Positions 52,320 to 62,422 of a stretch of DNA of 64,000 bases are shown piece after piece. Numbering within the stretch: the first letter of the stretch is position 1; each line of letters begins with the position of its first letter. This stretch comes from Verrucomicrobiota bacterium (GTDB lineage Bacteria > Verrucomicrobiota > Verrucomicrobiia > Limisphaerales > UBA1412), in assembly GCA_023230105.1 (NCBI GenBank), contig JALNXY010000002.1, forward strand, positions 129,181 to 193,180, in the 5' to 3' direction. The position numbers were made by a program, and so were the translations under genes. The notes under the pieces were generated by a model that was not told the origin of the DNA, did no database searches, and saw nothing but the letters and a program-made list of their open reading frames with translations.

Positions 52320-53830
52320 GTGTGGAAGCGATTTTCCAGCACCCTCTGGCCCGCAAGCTCGGCATAGTCACGGAAGGCTTTTTCCTGTTCCTGGCTCTCT
52401 TCGGCCCCTGGGCTTTCGGAACCACTCAGGATTGGGCCATCCGGCTGCTTTGCTATGGCTCCATCATTTTCTTTTTCATGGCGCTGGCGCTTTACTACCT
52501 GGACCATCATTTTTCCAAACGCTTTTTTGCCGAAGATCGACCGCACCGCAAAGATCGGCTCTGGGGATGGGCCGACTGGGTTTTTATCGCTTTGGGAATT
52601 CTCTGCCTTCTCTACGTTGCTCTGCAGTGGTTCAACGCTCAATCCGATTACTTTGCCACCACCTACGAATTCATTCCCTATCCCTATCTGGAGTGGCTTC
52701 CGAGCAGTTTTGATAAACGCTTTACGCTCTTTTATCTCTTCAAATATACGGCCCTCTTTTTCACCTATCTGGGGGCCAGAATCCTTTTCCAGAATGGCCG
52801 CACCAAGGGCAGGATTTTCTCTCTCAGAATGGAGCGCTTTCTGTGGGTTGTCCTGGTCAGCACTTTCGTCATGGTCATGGTCGGTTCGTTCATGCGCCTG
52901 GATCAAACCACTACCCTTCTCTGGTTGGTGGAACGCACCCGCTGGGCAGGCATCAATAATTCCTTCGGCCCTTACGGCTACCGCTCCTCGGCGGCCCAAT
53001 ATATGAATCTGCTCTGGCCTGTCGGCATCGCCTTCTGGTGGAGCCTCTCTTCGGCAATGGAGGGCAAAGTCTATCCCCGGTTCAAAGCGTATCTGAATCG
53101 CTATCTGGTGATTGTAGTGTTGAGCCTTTTTGCACTGGCCGGCGTCTGGATCGCCATCAGCCGCGGCGGCGTCTGGATCGCCAGCATTGTGATGGTGCTG
53201 CTCCTTGCCCTCATGTGCCTGAATGCTCTTCATGGAAGGAAAAAAAGAATCATCGCCGCCTTGGTCAGCCTTCTGCTCGTAATCGGAGCTGCCGGGCTGG
53301 GTCTGCAGGTCGCCGGCAAAGACGCCAAGCGCCTCATGGAAACTGATAGCTCGGGCCGTTTGGAGCAATACGAAGCCAGCTGGCCTATCTATCACGATTA
53401 CCCCACCTACGGTGTCGGTGCCGGTGCTTACTACTGCATGTATGATCTTTATCAGCCCGAGAAGAGCAGAAACACCGATGTAACCTTCCCCTTTGCCCAC
53501 AGCGATTGGCTACAGCTCTTTATCGAGTTTGGCAATGTCGGCTCGGCTCTGGTCGTCGCCCTGATTCTCTGGGGGCTGCTTCTGCCCTGGGTCACGAAAC
53601 GAGGTACCTATTTCATGCGGCTGGCGATGATCCTGGCTTTTTCAACGGCGCTGGCCCATGCCATTGTGGACCTTCCCTTCTATATTCTTTCGGTCTCATG
53701 GCTCTTCGTCGTATTGATGGCCTTCTATCACGCACTGGGCCGACCGATCAGGAAATCAAGAAGAGATTCCGGCGAGGCTGACTCTCAAAATATCCGCCGC
53801 CGCAGAGTTATTCAGCCTGCAAACTCCTGA
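52316..53830 (+). CDS. O-antigen ligase/polymerase-like (Wzy_C) membrane protein
   Basis: 504 aa, about 12 TM, ATGA overlap with the aminotransferase gene. Large loop with GVGAGAYY...AHSDWLQLFIEFGNVG, typical of Wzy_C. Confidence 0.75.
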   Translation: MSVEAIFQHPLARKLGIVTEGFFLFLALFGPWAFGTTQDWAIRLLCYGSIIFFFMALALYYLDHHFSKRFFAEDRPHRKDRLWGWADWVFIALGILCLLYVALQWFNAQSDYFATTYEFIPYPYLEWLPSSFDKRFTLFYLFKYTALFFTYLGARILFQNGRTKGRIFSLRMERFLWVVLVSTFVMVMVGSFMRLDQTTTLLWLVERTRWAGINNSFGPYGYRSSAAQYMNLLWPVGIAFWWSLSSAMEGKVYPRFKAYLNRYLVIVVLSLFALAGVWIAISRGGVWIASIVMVLLLALMCLNALHGRKKRIIAALVSLLLVIGAAGLGLQVAGKDAKRLMETDSSGRLEQYEASWPIYHDYPTYGVGAGAYYCMYDLYQPEKSRNTDVTFPFAHSDWLQLFIEFGNVGSALVVALILWGLLLPWVTKRGTYFMRLAMILAFSTALAHAIVDLPFYILSVSWLFVVLMAFYHALGRPIRKSRRDSGEADSQNIRRRRVIQPANS

Positions 53831-55520
53831 TTTTCTCCAGGTCCGCTTTGGATGAAGCCCGACGGGCCGCGTTTTCCCATTGAGCGAGGAAATCCTTGCC
53901 TCTGCGCAAAGGGGCATATTCCTCAGAAAGCGCCTTATAAGTCTGGTTCGCCTCCTTGTATTTCTTGAGTTTGCTCTCGGCTTGCGCTTTTTGCAGAGTC
54001 GTCCAGCAGCGCTGAACACGGGTCATCTCCTGGGATTGGTCGATCAAGTTTTGAGAAACCCCAAGCGCTTTTTTCCACTCCTCTTCCTTCGCGTAAAACC
54101 GGATGAGCCACTGCCCCAAGGCCCAATCCATCAGGTTATCCTTGTATATCCCTTCGATATACTTGAGCACCTTCTCCTCATCCATCCCCTTGAGAAGATT
54201 CAGATTGGCACTCTGCACCACGCCCCATCCTGCCAGGTACGGATACTCGTTGAAGGTTTTGACAAAGCGATCAATGGGCGGCACCCGAAAAGGACGATAG
54301 AGCGGATCTCCCACCACGGTCGCCTGCCAGGATAATCCGGGCAGAGCATGATAAGCCGCCTCACCGAAGGAGGCACCCTTGAGGAACCACTCCGTGAAAA
54401 TACCCACGTTCAGAGTCTGACCCAGGAACGGCTCATCCACATAGCCCACCGTGCAGGTTGCTCCCATATTCAGGAGCGGTCCCACCCAGTGATTCGTAGT
54501 CGAGTAGATATCCTGAGCACTGAAAGAATGCAGGTGATAGGCGAAAGCCCCCGGCACAAACTCCGTCAAGGCTTGAGCGAAGGGCCCACTGGCATTCCAG
54601 TCGTACCAGCCCGCATAATAAGCCAGTGAGGCAAGCGGCTGCTCAGCGGCGATCGTTTGGGGCAGCTCATCAATAATGAAATCCATTCCGGCGGCACGCC
54701 AGCAGAAAACGGCACGCCTCAGCCAGAGATCTCCCACCAGGTAACCGCGATCTGCCACGGGGTCCTTGAGTCCCCGTATATCAAAAAAGCCTTGTCCCCA
54801 GAGCCCCTCTTCTTCGGCTCGCATCGCCTTATCCACGAGCCCCATGGCAATCTCGTCGCTCGGTCCATCCAGCCGCGCCACCATGAGGAGACGGCTCTTC
54901 GGTCCCATTTGCGAGGGAGTCACCTGAGACGCAGCAGCTTCATTGGGCAGAAAACCCTCCAGCCCATCCAGAGGAGGCAGTTTATCTTTGGGGTGCTTGC
55001 GCAGAAATACGGAGGCAAGTTCGCTATCCACGGCGGCACCGCATTGTTTTTTTGAGTCCGGCTCTCTGCGTTTATCGTAAATCACGAAGGGAATTCCGCG
55101 GCAGAGCACGAGATAACGAATTTCGGGGGAAGCCTCATCCACACGGTTCGTGGAGCGCTCCGGAGATAAAAGCCCTTTCTTCAAAAGCTGCTCCAGAATC
55201 GGTTTTTCAATCAGCGTTTCGTAATCGTTGCGTTGAATTCCGCCGCTCCAGACCGGGCTGATTGCTATCAGGTTGCTTTCGGGAATTTTCCTCTTTTCCA
55301 GATAGTGTCGGGCAATTTGAAGCGAGCCCGGATACTCCGTACTGTAAACCACCGCCGTGGCCAAAGCCTCCTCTTCGGCACCAGGCCAAAGATCAGTAGC
55401 GGTGGGGGCTCCTTTGCTCACCTCATTCGTCTGTCCCAAAGCCAAAAAGAGACTGCACGCCAGGAACGCTATCCCCAACAGCACGCTCTTCGTCATCCTT
55501 AATTTGCCCGGAATACTCAT
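53808..55520 (-). CDS. Secreted hypothetical protein (possibly TIGR03790-like) with C-terminal helical/TPR-like region
   Basis: Start uncertain (ATG 55520 or 55496; track gives 55565). Signal MTKSVLLGIAFLACSLFLALG. VVYSTEYPGSLQIARHYLEKRKIPESNLIAI resembles, from memory only, the TIGR03790 N-terminus. Confidence 0.45.
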   Translation of the reverse strand: MSIPGKLRMTKSVLLGIAFLACSLFLALGQTNEVSKGAPTATDLWPGAEEEALATAVVYSTEYPGSLQIARHYLEKRKIPESNLIAISPVWSGGIQRNDYETLIEKPILEQLLKKGLLSPERSTNRVDEASPEIRYLVLCRGIPFVIYDKRREPDSKKQCGAAVDSELASVFLRKHPKDKLPPLDGLEGFLPNEAAASQVTPSQMGPKSRLLMVARLDGPSDEIAMGLVDKAMRAEEEGLWGQGFFDIRGLKDPVADRGYLVGDLWLRRAVFCWRAAGMDFIIDELPQTIAAEQPLASLAYYAGWYDWNASGPFAQALTEFVPGAFAYHLHSFSAQDIYSTTNHWVGPLLNMGATCTVGYVDEPFLGQTLNVGIFTEWFLKGASFGEAAYHALPGLSWQATVVGDPLYRPFRVPPIDRFVKTFNEYPYLAGWGVVQSANLNLLKGMDEEKVLKYIEGIYKDNLMDWALGQWLIRFYAKEEEWKKALGVSQNLIDQSQEMTRVQRCWTTLQKAQAESKLKKYKEANQTYKALSEEYAPLRRGKDFLAQWENAARRASSKADLEKIRSLQAE

Positions 55521-55608
55521 ACTTATCCCGCAGGCCAGTCTAATGGGAGGCTCCCGAGGGAGCAAGAAGTTACGGTCTCGGGATCAATTCGGACGGAGGC
55601 CGAACGTC

Positions 55609-56838
55609 TCAGAGTTTCCAGATTTTCCACCAGGGAGTCCGGGACTCTTCCGCCGGAGGCTTGGAGTCTTTCTGCGAATCGCTCTCTTCACTTGAAGAGG
55701 GGGGCGGATTCCGGCTCAGGTCAAAGCGGCGAATATCGATCCGCGCTTCAGAGGCATTACCCAACTCCAGCAGTACTGCATTTTCCAGAAGAGACTTGCC
55801 GGCCCAGGCAATATCGGTCGGGGAACCCGCCGCCATCGCCCTGTCACGGCGGATATCCATCATCTTCCCGAAAGCCAGGGCATCCAGCGCAGCCGGATCT
55901 TTGGAAAACCAGAGCTCATTCACCTCCGAAGAATAGTGGAGAAAGCTCGAACTCTGCCCGCGATACTGGCAGAAAAGCGCATCCGTAATACAGAGCGCCA
56001 CCCGGTCGCCCACCGCCTCCATGGCATATATTTCGGCAGTGGCCTCAGCCAGGCGGTACGCATCCGCTTCAAAACGCAAAAAATTATCCGTGCAACCGCT
56101 GGCCAGACTATAAATATGACCGGCCGCTCCCAGAGAATTATGATGAGTCAGGGGCGTCACCAGAATCAACCGGGTCATTTTTTGGGTTAGCAGTTTGGAA
56201 ACGAAAGACCTGCGGCCCGGCTGCTCCTCTTCCGACCGTTTCAGCTCAACACCCAGAGGCGGGATTTCGGGCTTCTTCTGCGGTTTCGGCTCAAGCACCT
56301 TCCCGAAGTCTTTCGAAAACTCCACGTCCCCATAAATCAGACTGGAAGGAAAAAATGAACTGTAAAAAACACTCTCGTCAAAACCGGCCTCAGCCGTCGC
56401 CTGAATCTGCACCCCGGTCTCCCGGGCCAGCTTCACAAAACCAGCCCCGTTAAGGGCCTCCCAAGAGCGGTCCCAAATCACGATATGTTCCGCAGCCACC
56501 CCGGCTTCGCCAAGCAGCTCAATCAATGCCCGGACCACCTCCGGACGGGTCCCTCCCGGCCCATCTTTCAAGGCATAGACTTTGATTCCTACCACGTCCT
56601 CCGGTTTCACCAGTTTGAGGATACCCGCTGCGGCATCAGGGCTTTGCATGAGCTCAGCAATCCCCTTGCGCATCATCCGCCCCATCTCCTCCTTCTGGGC
56701 CCGGAAGGTCTCCGTTGCCTCCCGGTCACGCACGACGACCACCGAAGAGCGATCCGGAAGCGCCGCATGAATGGCAAAAGCACCAAAGAATATGAAAACA
56801 AGCACCGCTCTCACAAAAGAACCGTAACAGATTCTCAT
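55609..56838 (-). CDS. DUF362-like domain protein with N-terminal signal/anchor
   Basis: Start at ATG 56838, preceded by AGGAGG at -8. SVVVVRD...PEDVVGIKVYALKDGPGGTRPEVVRALIELLGEAGVAAEHIVIWDRS follows the DUF362 pattern (KPN..., ThPevv, ...vgD). Confidence 0.55.
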   Translation of the reverse strand: MRICYGSFVRAVLVFIFFGAFAIHAALPDRSSVVVVRDREATETFRAQKEEMGRMMRKGIAELMQSPDAAAGILKLVKPEDVVGIKVYALKDGPGGTRPEVVRALIELLGEAGVAAEHIVIWDRSWEALNGAGFVKLARETGVQIQATAEAGFDESVFYSSFFPSSLIYGDVEFSKDFGKVLEPKPQKKPEIPPLGVELKRSEEEQPGRRSFVSKLLTQKMTRLILVTPLTHHNSLGAAGHIYSLASGCTDNFLRFEADAYRLAEATAEIYAMEAVGDRVALCITDALFCQYRGQSSSFLHYSSEVNELWFSKDPAALDALAFGKMMDIRRDRAMAAGSPTDIAWAGKSLLENAVLLELGNASEARIDIRRFDLSRNPPPSSSEESDSQKDSKPPAEESRTPWWKIWKL

Positions 56839-57028
56839 CAAATATCCTCCTGCCATTTCCGTTTTAATAAAATAGCTCTTTTTTCCCACAGTTAAAACCG
56901 CTATACTCGACTCAGTCGGCTCTTTCCGTAAAGGCTATTTTCGGGCAAGCATCCGGAATTGCAAGCCTTTCTGGTCAAAACAAAGAGTTGAGGATGGATG
57001 TTTTGAATAGAAGAGTTAAAATGGAGCT

Positions 57029-59086
57029 ATGAACGTTGGGATAAAAAATACACTGTTCACGATTCTGGCCGTTATCGGAATGACTTTCCTGGCCGGCTGT
57101 ACCCCTTCCGGTCCCAAAGCGCTTCTGCAAGGTGAAGAGCTCCTGAAAAAAGGCCAGACACGCGAAGCGATCAAAAAAATGGAGCGCGCGGTCAAGTATA
57201 TGCCCAACAACCCGCTTGCCTGGAATTACCTGGGCGTCGCGCTGCACAGCTCCGGCCGCACCGAAGATGCCCTGGGCGCTTACCAGAAAGCCTCCGCTCT
57301 CAATCCTCACATGGATGTCCTCTATTACAACTTGGGCTGCCTCTATCTGGACCGCAGGAATTATCAGATCGCCATCCACTCCTTCTCGAACTACCTGAAT
57401 CTGGAGAAGAACATGAATTTCGAACCGGCCTGGGAAAAAATCGGCTACGCTTTCCTGGCCATCCAGTGCAACGACCTGGCTGCACGCTCCTTCAGCAACG
57501 TCGTCGTCCTGAATCCCCAAAACGCCAAAGCTTATAACACTCTGGGCCTGATCGCTTCCGCCGAGAAAAATACGGCTCTGGCGATGAAGCATTTCACCAA
57601 CAGTATCCTGGCTGATGCCACCTATGCGCCGCCCCATTTAAACACCGCCGTCCTGCTCCAAAGAACCGGAGGCAACACGAATCTGGATTTGGCCCTTAAC
57701 CGCTACGAGCGCTATCTGGCCCTGGCTCCCAAGGCCGAAGATGCCCAGAAAGTCCGCGCCCAGGTTTCGTCTTTGCAACAGCTCCTGAGCGCTCAGGCTT
57801 CCGCCAAGACGGCCCCCGTGACCAATGCCGTTGCCGCAAATCCTCTCCCTGAAACCCAGAAAACTGCCGCCGCCGCGACTCCGCCCACAAACCAAGTGGC
57901 TCAGGCCGTTCCTACCCCCGAACCCAAACCTGAGATAGTCCCCGAAAAAGAGGCGCCCGCTCAAACGCCCGCCGTCGTCGTCACCCAATTACAGCAAACC
58001 AATTTACCCCCGCAGCAACCCGCCGTAGCTCTGACACCCAAAGAAGCGCCGGTTGAAGTCGCCGCAGTCGTTCCCAGCGTTCCCAAAACCAATGAGCCTC
58101 CCGAAGAGGTCGATCTGGCGGCACTCCGGAAAACGACCGAGCCGGTCATTAAAGAAATTCCCCAGCCGGAGAATACTCTCCCGAGAAATGACCCGCCCCA
58201 ATTGAGCCTGATGCCGACACCTACTCCGGAACCCGAGCCGGCCCCGACACCGACTCCCCAGCCGGCACCCGAAAAAGTCAGAGTCGTCAAGGTGACTTCT
58301 GCTTCAACGTCTTCCGAAACCAAGCCAGCGGCACAGGAGGCCCCGGAAGAGGCCCAGACGGATAAAGGGAACTTCTTCTCCAGAGTCTTCGGCAAAAAAC
58401 GCTCGAGCGAATCCTCCGAGAAAGCTCCGTCCTCTTCAGCAACCAGCTCTGAACCGCCATCCATCTCAGTCGTCCCGGTCGATATCCCCGCTGAGCCGGT
58501 ATCCGTCAAAGAGACTCCCAAGGAAAAACCCGCCCCGGCACCTATCCGCGTCTACGAGCCTTACACCTACCAGAACCCGCCGGCCGCTGCTCCGGGCAAC
58601 CGCGAAGAGGCCTACCTGCTTTTCCAGAGAGCCTTCCGCGCTCATCAGGAGAAAGATTTCCCCACGGCGATTGAGTATTACAGCAAGGCGATTCAGAAGG
58701 ATCCCGCCTGGTTCGAAGCCTATTTCAACATGGGCCTGGCCTGCTACGGCTCCGGCGAATACTCCACCTCGCTCCTGGCCTTTGAGAACGCCCTGGCTCT
58801 CAAGCCCGATTCCTGGGAAACACGCTACAATTTCGCCTTGGCTCTCAATAAAGCCGATCACCCCAACGAGGCCATTGTCGAGCTCAAGAAGGTCACTCGC
58901 CTCAAGGATTCCTACGCCAATGCCTGGCTCGAAATGGGGGTCATCTACCAGAACCGCTTTGCTGACATCGACAACGCCTACAATGCCTACCAGAAATTCA
59001 TCGCTCTGGCGCCCGATCATCCCAGCGCTTACACCACCAAAATCTGGCTCACACAGAACGCCTCCAAAGTAAAAGCCCAGCCATAA
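57029..59086 (+). CDS. TPR-repeat lipoprotein with central Pro/Ala/Thr-rich linker
   Basis: 685 aa. Lipobox FLAGC. N-terminal and C-terminal TPR blocks (AWNYLGVALHSSGRTEDALGAYQKA..., AIEYYSKAIQKDPAWFEAYFNMGLA...). A roughly 250-aa low-complexity PxP linker. Confidence 0.8.
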   Translation: MNVGIKNTLFTILAVIGMTFLAGCTPSGPKALLQGEELLKKGQTREAIKKMERAVKYMPNNPLAWNYLGVALHSSGRTEDALGAYQKASALNPHMDVLYYNLGCLYLDRRNYQIAIHSFSNYLNLEKNMNFEPAWEKIGYAFLAIQCNDLAARSFSNVVVLNPQNAKAYNTLGLIASAEKNTALAMKHFTNSILADATYAPPHLNTAVLLQRTGGNTNLDLALNRYERYLALAPKAEDAQKVRAQVSSLQQLLSAQASAKTAPVTNAVAANPLPETQKTAAAATPPTNQVAQAVPTPEPKPEIVPEKEAPAQTPAVVVTQLQQTNLPPQQPAVALTPKEAPVEVAAVVPSVPKTNEPPEEVDLAALRKTTEPVIKEIPQPENTLPRNDPPQLSLMPTPTPEPEPAPTPTPQPAPEKVRVVKVTSASTSSETKPAAQEAPEEAQTDKGNFFSRVFGKKRSSESSEKAPSSSATSSEPPSISVVPVDIPAEPVSVKETPKEKPAPAPIRVYEPYTYQNPPAAAPGNREEAYLLFQRAFRAHQEKDFPTAIEYYSKAIQKDPAWFEAYFNMGLACYGSGEYSTSLLAFENALALKPDSWETRYNFALALNKADHPNEAIVELKKVTRLKDSYANAWLEMGVIYQNRFADIDNAYNAYQKFIALAPDHPSAYTTKIWLTQNASKVKAQP

Positions 59087-59416
59087 ACTCGGGGGGGCCA
59101 ACCCGGAGGCATAGCCGGCCTCAGTTGTCAGTTCCGGCTTCAATTTTCACTTTTCGCAAGGACTCCACCCGGATTCCTTGCGAAATTCATTTTCACCTTT
59201 ATCCCTACCGCTTTTCCGTATCCCTCTCCCCTTTTTCACGCCTGAATTCCACAAGTTAAATTTAATTTAGAAATTTTTCCACTTTTCTGAGGGGTACCCC
59301 CGTAATTGTCCTATCCCCTTTGCTAAAATAGACTCCGTTAATTGGGAAATTTACCCCCAATAAAAAAAATAATTGGACAAGATTGTCTTTTTAATGAAGA
59401 ATGAACGAGATTTATC

Positions 59417-59659
59417 ATGAGAAATCAAGAGCCACTAGCACACTTGGAAAAAGCGTGTAAGAAAGAGCAAACCATGGAGGATCACCTTCAGGGTGTCGCT
59501 AAACTTGCCGGTAAGTTCGCTTCCGAGTTTAAGAACGGAGACTGGGCCGAACAGGCAGGCCTCTGGCACGACTTGGGAAAATATAACCCGGAATGGCAAG
59601 ACTATCTGTGGAATCAAACAGAGAATTACTACAACCAGCCCGAAAGCGAGGAGGAATAG
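59417..59659 (+). pseudogene. cas3: cas3 5' fragment: first half of the HD nuclease domain, ended by an in-frame TAG
   Basis: 80 aa. HLQGVAKLAGKFASEF...AGLWHDLGKYNPEWQDYL are the H and HD motifs of the Cas3 HD domain. The stop TAG at 59657-59659 is in the same frame (phase 2) as the next ORF. Confidence 0.8.
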
Positions 59660-59662
59660 AAT

Positions 59663-61681
59663 ATGGGCAAAATCGATCATTCTACCGCCGGCGCTATCCA
59701 TGCAGTCAATGAATTGAATAATCGGGGACGCATTCTGGCCTACGTCATTGCAGGACATCATTCGGGACTTCCCGATTGGTCTTCCGATGTGGCAAAAGGA
59801 GGCCCACTGCACGAACGGCTTGATAAGAAGGAGAATTTTAAAGCCGCTATGGATGGGGCTCCTCCTGAAACAATTCTAACACCTCTGCCTTCCGGTTTTA
59901 CAACACCCTGTATTGCGGGGGAGAACTCTCAGGAGTTTATCCATCTATGGATAAGAATGCTCTTTTCCTGCCTGGTGGATGCGGATGGACTGGATACAGA
60001 AGCCTTCACGAATCCCGAAAAATCAGAAGCGCGCGGAGGATATCCTGAAATGAGTGTGCTAAAAGAGCGCTTTGATTCCTTTATGGAAGAGAAACAGAAG
60101 AACGCCCCAAAAACTCCTATAAATCAAAAGCGTAAGGAGATATTGGAGCAGTGCCGCAACAAGGCCAGTGAATCTCCGGGCGTCTTCTCATTGACCGTTC
60201 CCACCGGCGGCGGAAAAACTCTGGCATCAATGGGCTTTGCCTTGGAACATGCTCTGAAACACGGCAAAAAGCGAATCATTGTCGTAATCCCCTACACCAG
60301 CATTATCGAGCAGACGGCCAAAGACCTTCGCAAGGTTTTCGGAGAGGAAGCCATCGTGGAACATCATTGCAACTTGGACCCACAAAAAGAGACGATTAAT
60401 TCCAAGCTGGCCACAGAAAATTGGGATGCACCCATTATCGTCACGACCAATGTTCAATTCTTCGAATCGCTCTTTGCTTCAAGAGGCTCTGCCTGCCGTA
60501 AAATTCACAACATCGTCAATTCCATTGTCATTCTCGATGAAGCTCAGACATTGCCCACAGATTTCCTCCAACCTATCGTCTCCATGATGAAAGGACTCTG
60601 TAATCACTTCAAAACCACGTTTGTTCTCTGTACGGCAACACAACCTATTTTAAACAAAAATATTAAATCAGGAATAGCTATCCTCAACGGGTTTGAAAAG
60701 GTGACGGAAATCATGGACGACCCGAGCTCCTTATATAGCCAATTCCAACGAGTCAGCATTTCGCGAGAAACCGGAAGTGATATCCCCATCTCCAGTCTGG
60801 ACTCCATCGCCGAGCAGATCGTTCAATTTCCTCAGGTGCTCTGCATCGTCAGCACCCGAAATCTATGCAAAAAATTATTCGATTTAGTCCGTCAGAAATC
60901 TCAGGATACAGCGCAAATCCTCCATCTTTCAGCCTTAATGTGTCCAATGCACCGCAGCGATGTCATAGCGCAAATCAAGGATAAGCTGAAAAATAAAGAG
61001 TCCATCCGGGTCATCAGCACTCAAGTAGTAGAGGCGGGCGTGGATATCGATTTCCCTGTCGTCTTCCGCGAATTGGCTGGCCTGGACTCCATCGCCCAAG
61101 CAGCCGGCAGATGCAACAGAGAAGGAAAACTTCCTGAAAAAGGGAAGGTCGTTATTTTTAACGTCGGCTCTATTCCCAGGGGCATTTTCACCAAAGCCAG
61201 TAATGCCTGTCTGGAAACGCTTCGATGTATTGCACCGGATCAGGAGCTCTCACCAGAAAGCTTTAAAAAATACTTCCGGTTCTTTTTCGACAGACTCAAC
61301 AGTTTCGATTCAAAAGAAATACAGAGTCACCTCACGCAGAATGCGGACAAATGCCAAATTCAATTCCGTACAGCCGCTTTGAAATTCAAAATGATCGACG
61401 ACTCAGGCCAACATGCCCTCATTGTACGCTACAAATCACAGGGAGAAAACAAAGTGGATAGTAGACGGCTTATTGAGGAGCTTAGGAAATACGGACCTAA
61501 CCGCTCTCTGATGAGAAAACTGCAACGCTTTTCAGTCACTCTTTACGATAGGGAGTTTGAATCCCTGAAACAACAGGGAGCCCTGGAAGAACTTTTCGGA
61601 ATCTGGGTTCAGGCCCGTGACGAAATTTATGATCCCGACTGTGGATTGATACCGAAGATCACTTTGGAACAAATTTTTTAA
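59663..61681 (+). CDS. cas3: Type I-C Cas3: remainder of the HD domain plus SF2 helicase
   Basis: 672 aa. IDHSTAGAIHA...AGHHSGLPDW (HD motifs III-V). Helicase motif I LTVPTGGGKT, motif II ILDEAQTLP, CTATQP, QVVEAGVDIDF, QAAGRCNREG. Confidence 0.9.
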   Translation: MGKIDHSTAGAIHAVNELNNRGRILAYVIAGHHSGLPDWSSDVAKGGPLHERLDKKENFKAAMDGAPPETILTPLPSGFTTPCIAGENSQEFIHLWIRMLFSCLVDADGLDTEAFTNPEKSEARGGYPEMSVLKERFDSFMEEKQKNAPKTPINQKRKEILEQCRNKASESPGVFSLTVPTGGGKTLASMGFALEHALKHGKKRIIVVIPYTSIIEQTAKDLRKVFGEEAIVEHHCNLDPQKETINSKLATENWDAPIIVTTNVQFFESLFASRGSACRKIHNIVNSIVILDEAQTLPTDFLQPIVSMMKGLCNHFKTTFVLCTATQPILNKNIKSGIAILNGFEKVTEIMDDPSSLYSQFQRVSISRETGSDIPISSLDSIAEQIVQFPQVLCIVSTRNLCKKLFDLVRQKSQDTAQILHLSALMCPMHRSDVIAQIKDKLKNKESIRVISTQVVEAGVDIDFPVVFRELAGLDSIAQAAGRCNREGKLPEKGKVVIFNVGSIPRGIFTKASNACLETLRCIAPDQELSPESFKKYFRFFFDRLNSFDSKEIQSHLTQNADKCQIQFRTAALKFKMIDDSGQHALIVRYKSQGENKVDSRRLIEELRKYGPNRSLMRKLQRFSVTLYDREFESLKQQGALEELFGIWVQARDEIYDPDCGLIPKITLEQIF

Positions 61682-61696
61682 CACGAAAGGATAGGA

Positions 61697-62422
61697 ATGG
61701 ATAATAATTATACCAACAAAATATTCTGTCTGGAGGTCACGGGCGATTTCGCCTGTTTCACCCGGCCGGAAATGAAGGTGGAGCGGGTCAGTTACGATGT
61801 GATCACACCATCGTCTCTGCGCTCCATCTTCGAAGCCATTCTTTGGAAACCGGCCATCCGGTACATCCCAAAGAAAATTGAAGTGCTGAATCCCATTAAA
61901 TGGGTTTCGGTGAGAAGAAACGAATTGTCATGCATCGCCAGCACAAGAATCGGTTCACGCGAAAAAGGTGTTTTTATTGAAGAGGACCGCCAACAAAGAG
62001 CCGGGCTTTTTCTAAGAGATGTCGCCTATCGCCTCTATGCGGAGCTCGTGTTCGTCCCTCCTCCCGATAGGCCTCCGGTGAAAAAACCGATTCCCGATTG
62101 TCTGGCGGATGAATTTGAAAGAAGGGAATTTTGGCCAAAGGATGAAAACCCGGGGAAATACAACGCCATGTTTGAGCGCCGTGCCCGCAAGGGCCAATGC
62201 TTTAACCAGCCTTACCTGGGATGCCGCGAATTCAGTTGCAGCTTCCGCTTCATTGAGGATCCGTCGAAAGAAACCAAAAAAACAATCGAGGAAACGCGAG
62301 ACCTCAGCATCATACTTTACGATATGGATTTCAAATCCAATAACCCGATGTTCTTCCGCGCCAAAATGGAGAGCGGCGTCATCACGATCCCCCAACCTGA
62401 AAGCGAGGAGATTTTAAGATGA
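61697..62422 (+). CDS. cas5: Type I-C Cas5 (Cas5c/Cas5d) pre-crRNA endoribonuclease
   Basis: 241 aa. FCLEVTGDFACFTRPEMKVERVSYDVITPSSLRSIFEAILWKPAIRY and GQCFNQPYLGCREF are hallmark Cas5d blocks. Confidence 0.9.
   Translation: MDNNYTNKIFCLEVTGDFACFTRPEMKVERVSYDVITPSSLRSIFEAILWKPAIRYIPKKIEVLNPIKWVSVRRNELSCIASTRIGSREKGVFIEEDRQQRAGLFLRDVAYRLYAELVFVPPPDRPPVKKPIPDCLADEFERREFWPKDENPGKYNAMFERRARKGQCFNQPYLGCREFSCSFRFIEDPSKETKKTIEETRDLSIILYDMDFKSNNPMFFRAKMESGVITIPQPESEEILR

Noticed and set aside
52295-53500. 401-aa minus-strand ORF
   Set aside because: Antisense to the O-antigen-ligase-like membrane protein. The plus frame gives coherent TM helices and the Wzy_C loop.
59087-59416. Possible CRISPR array or leader upstream of cas3
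   Set aside because: No unit is repeated at regular spacing, and there is only a single hairpin. Type I-C arrays normally lie downstream of cas2, which is beyond the right window edge. No CRISPR array is detectable anywhere in the window.
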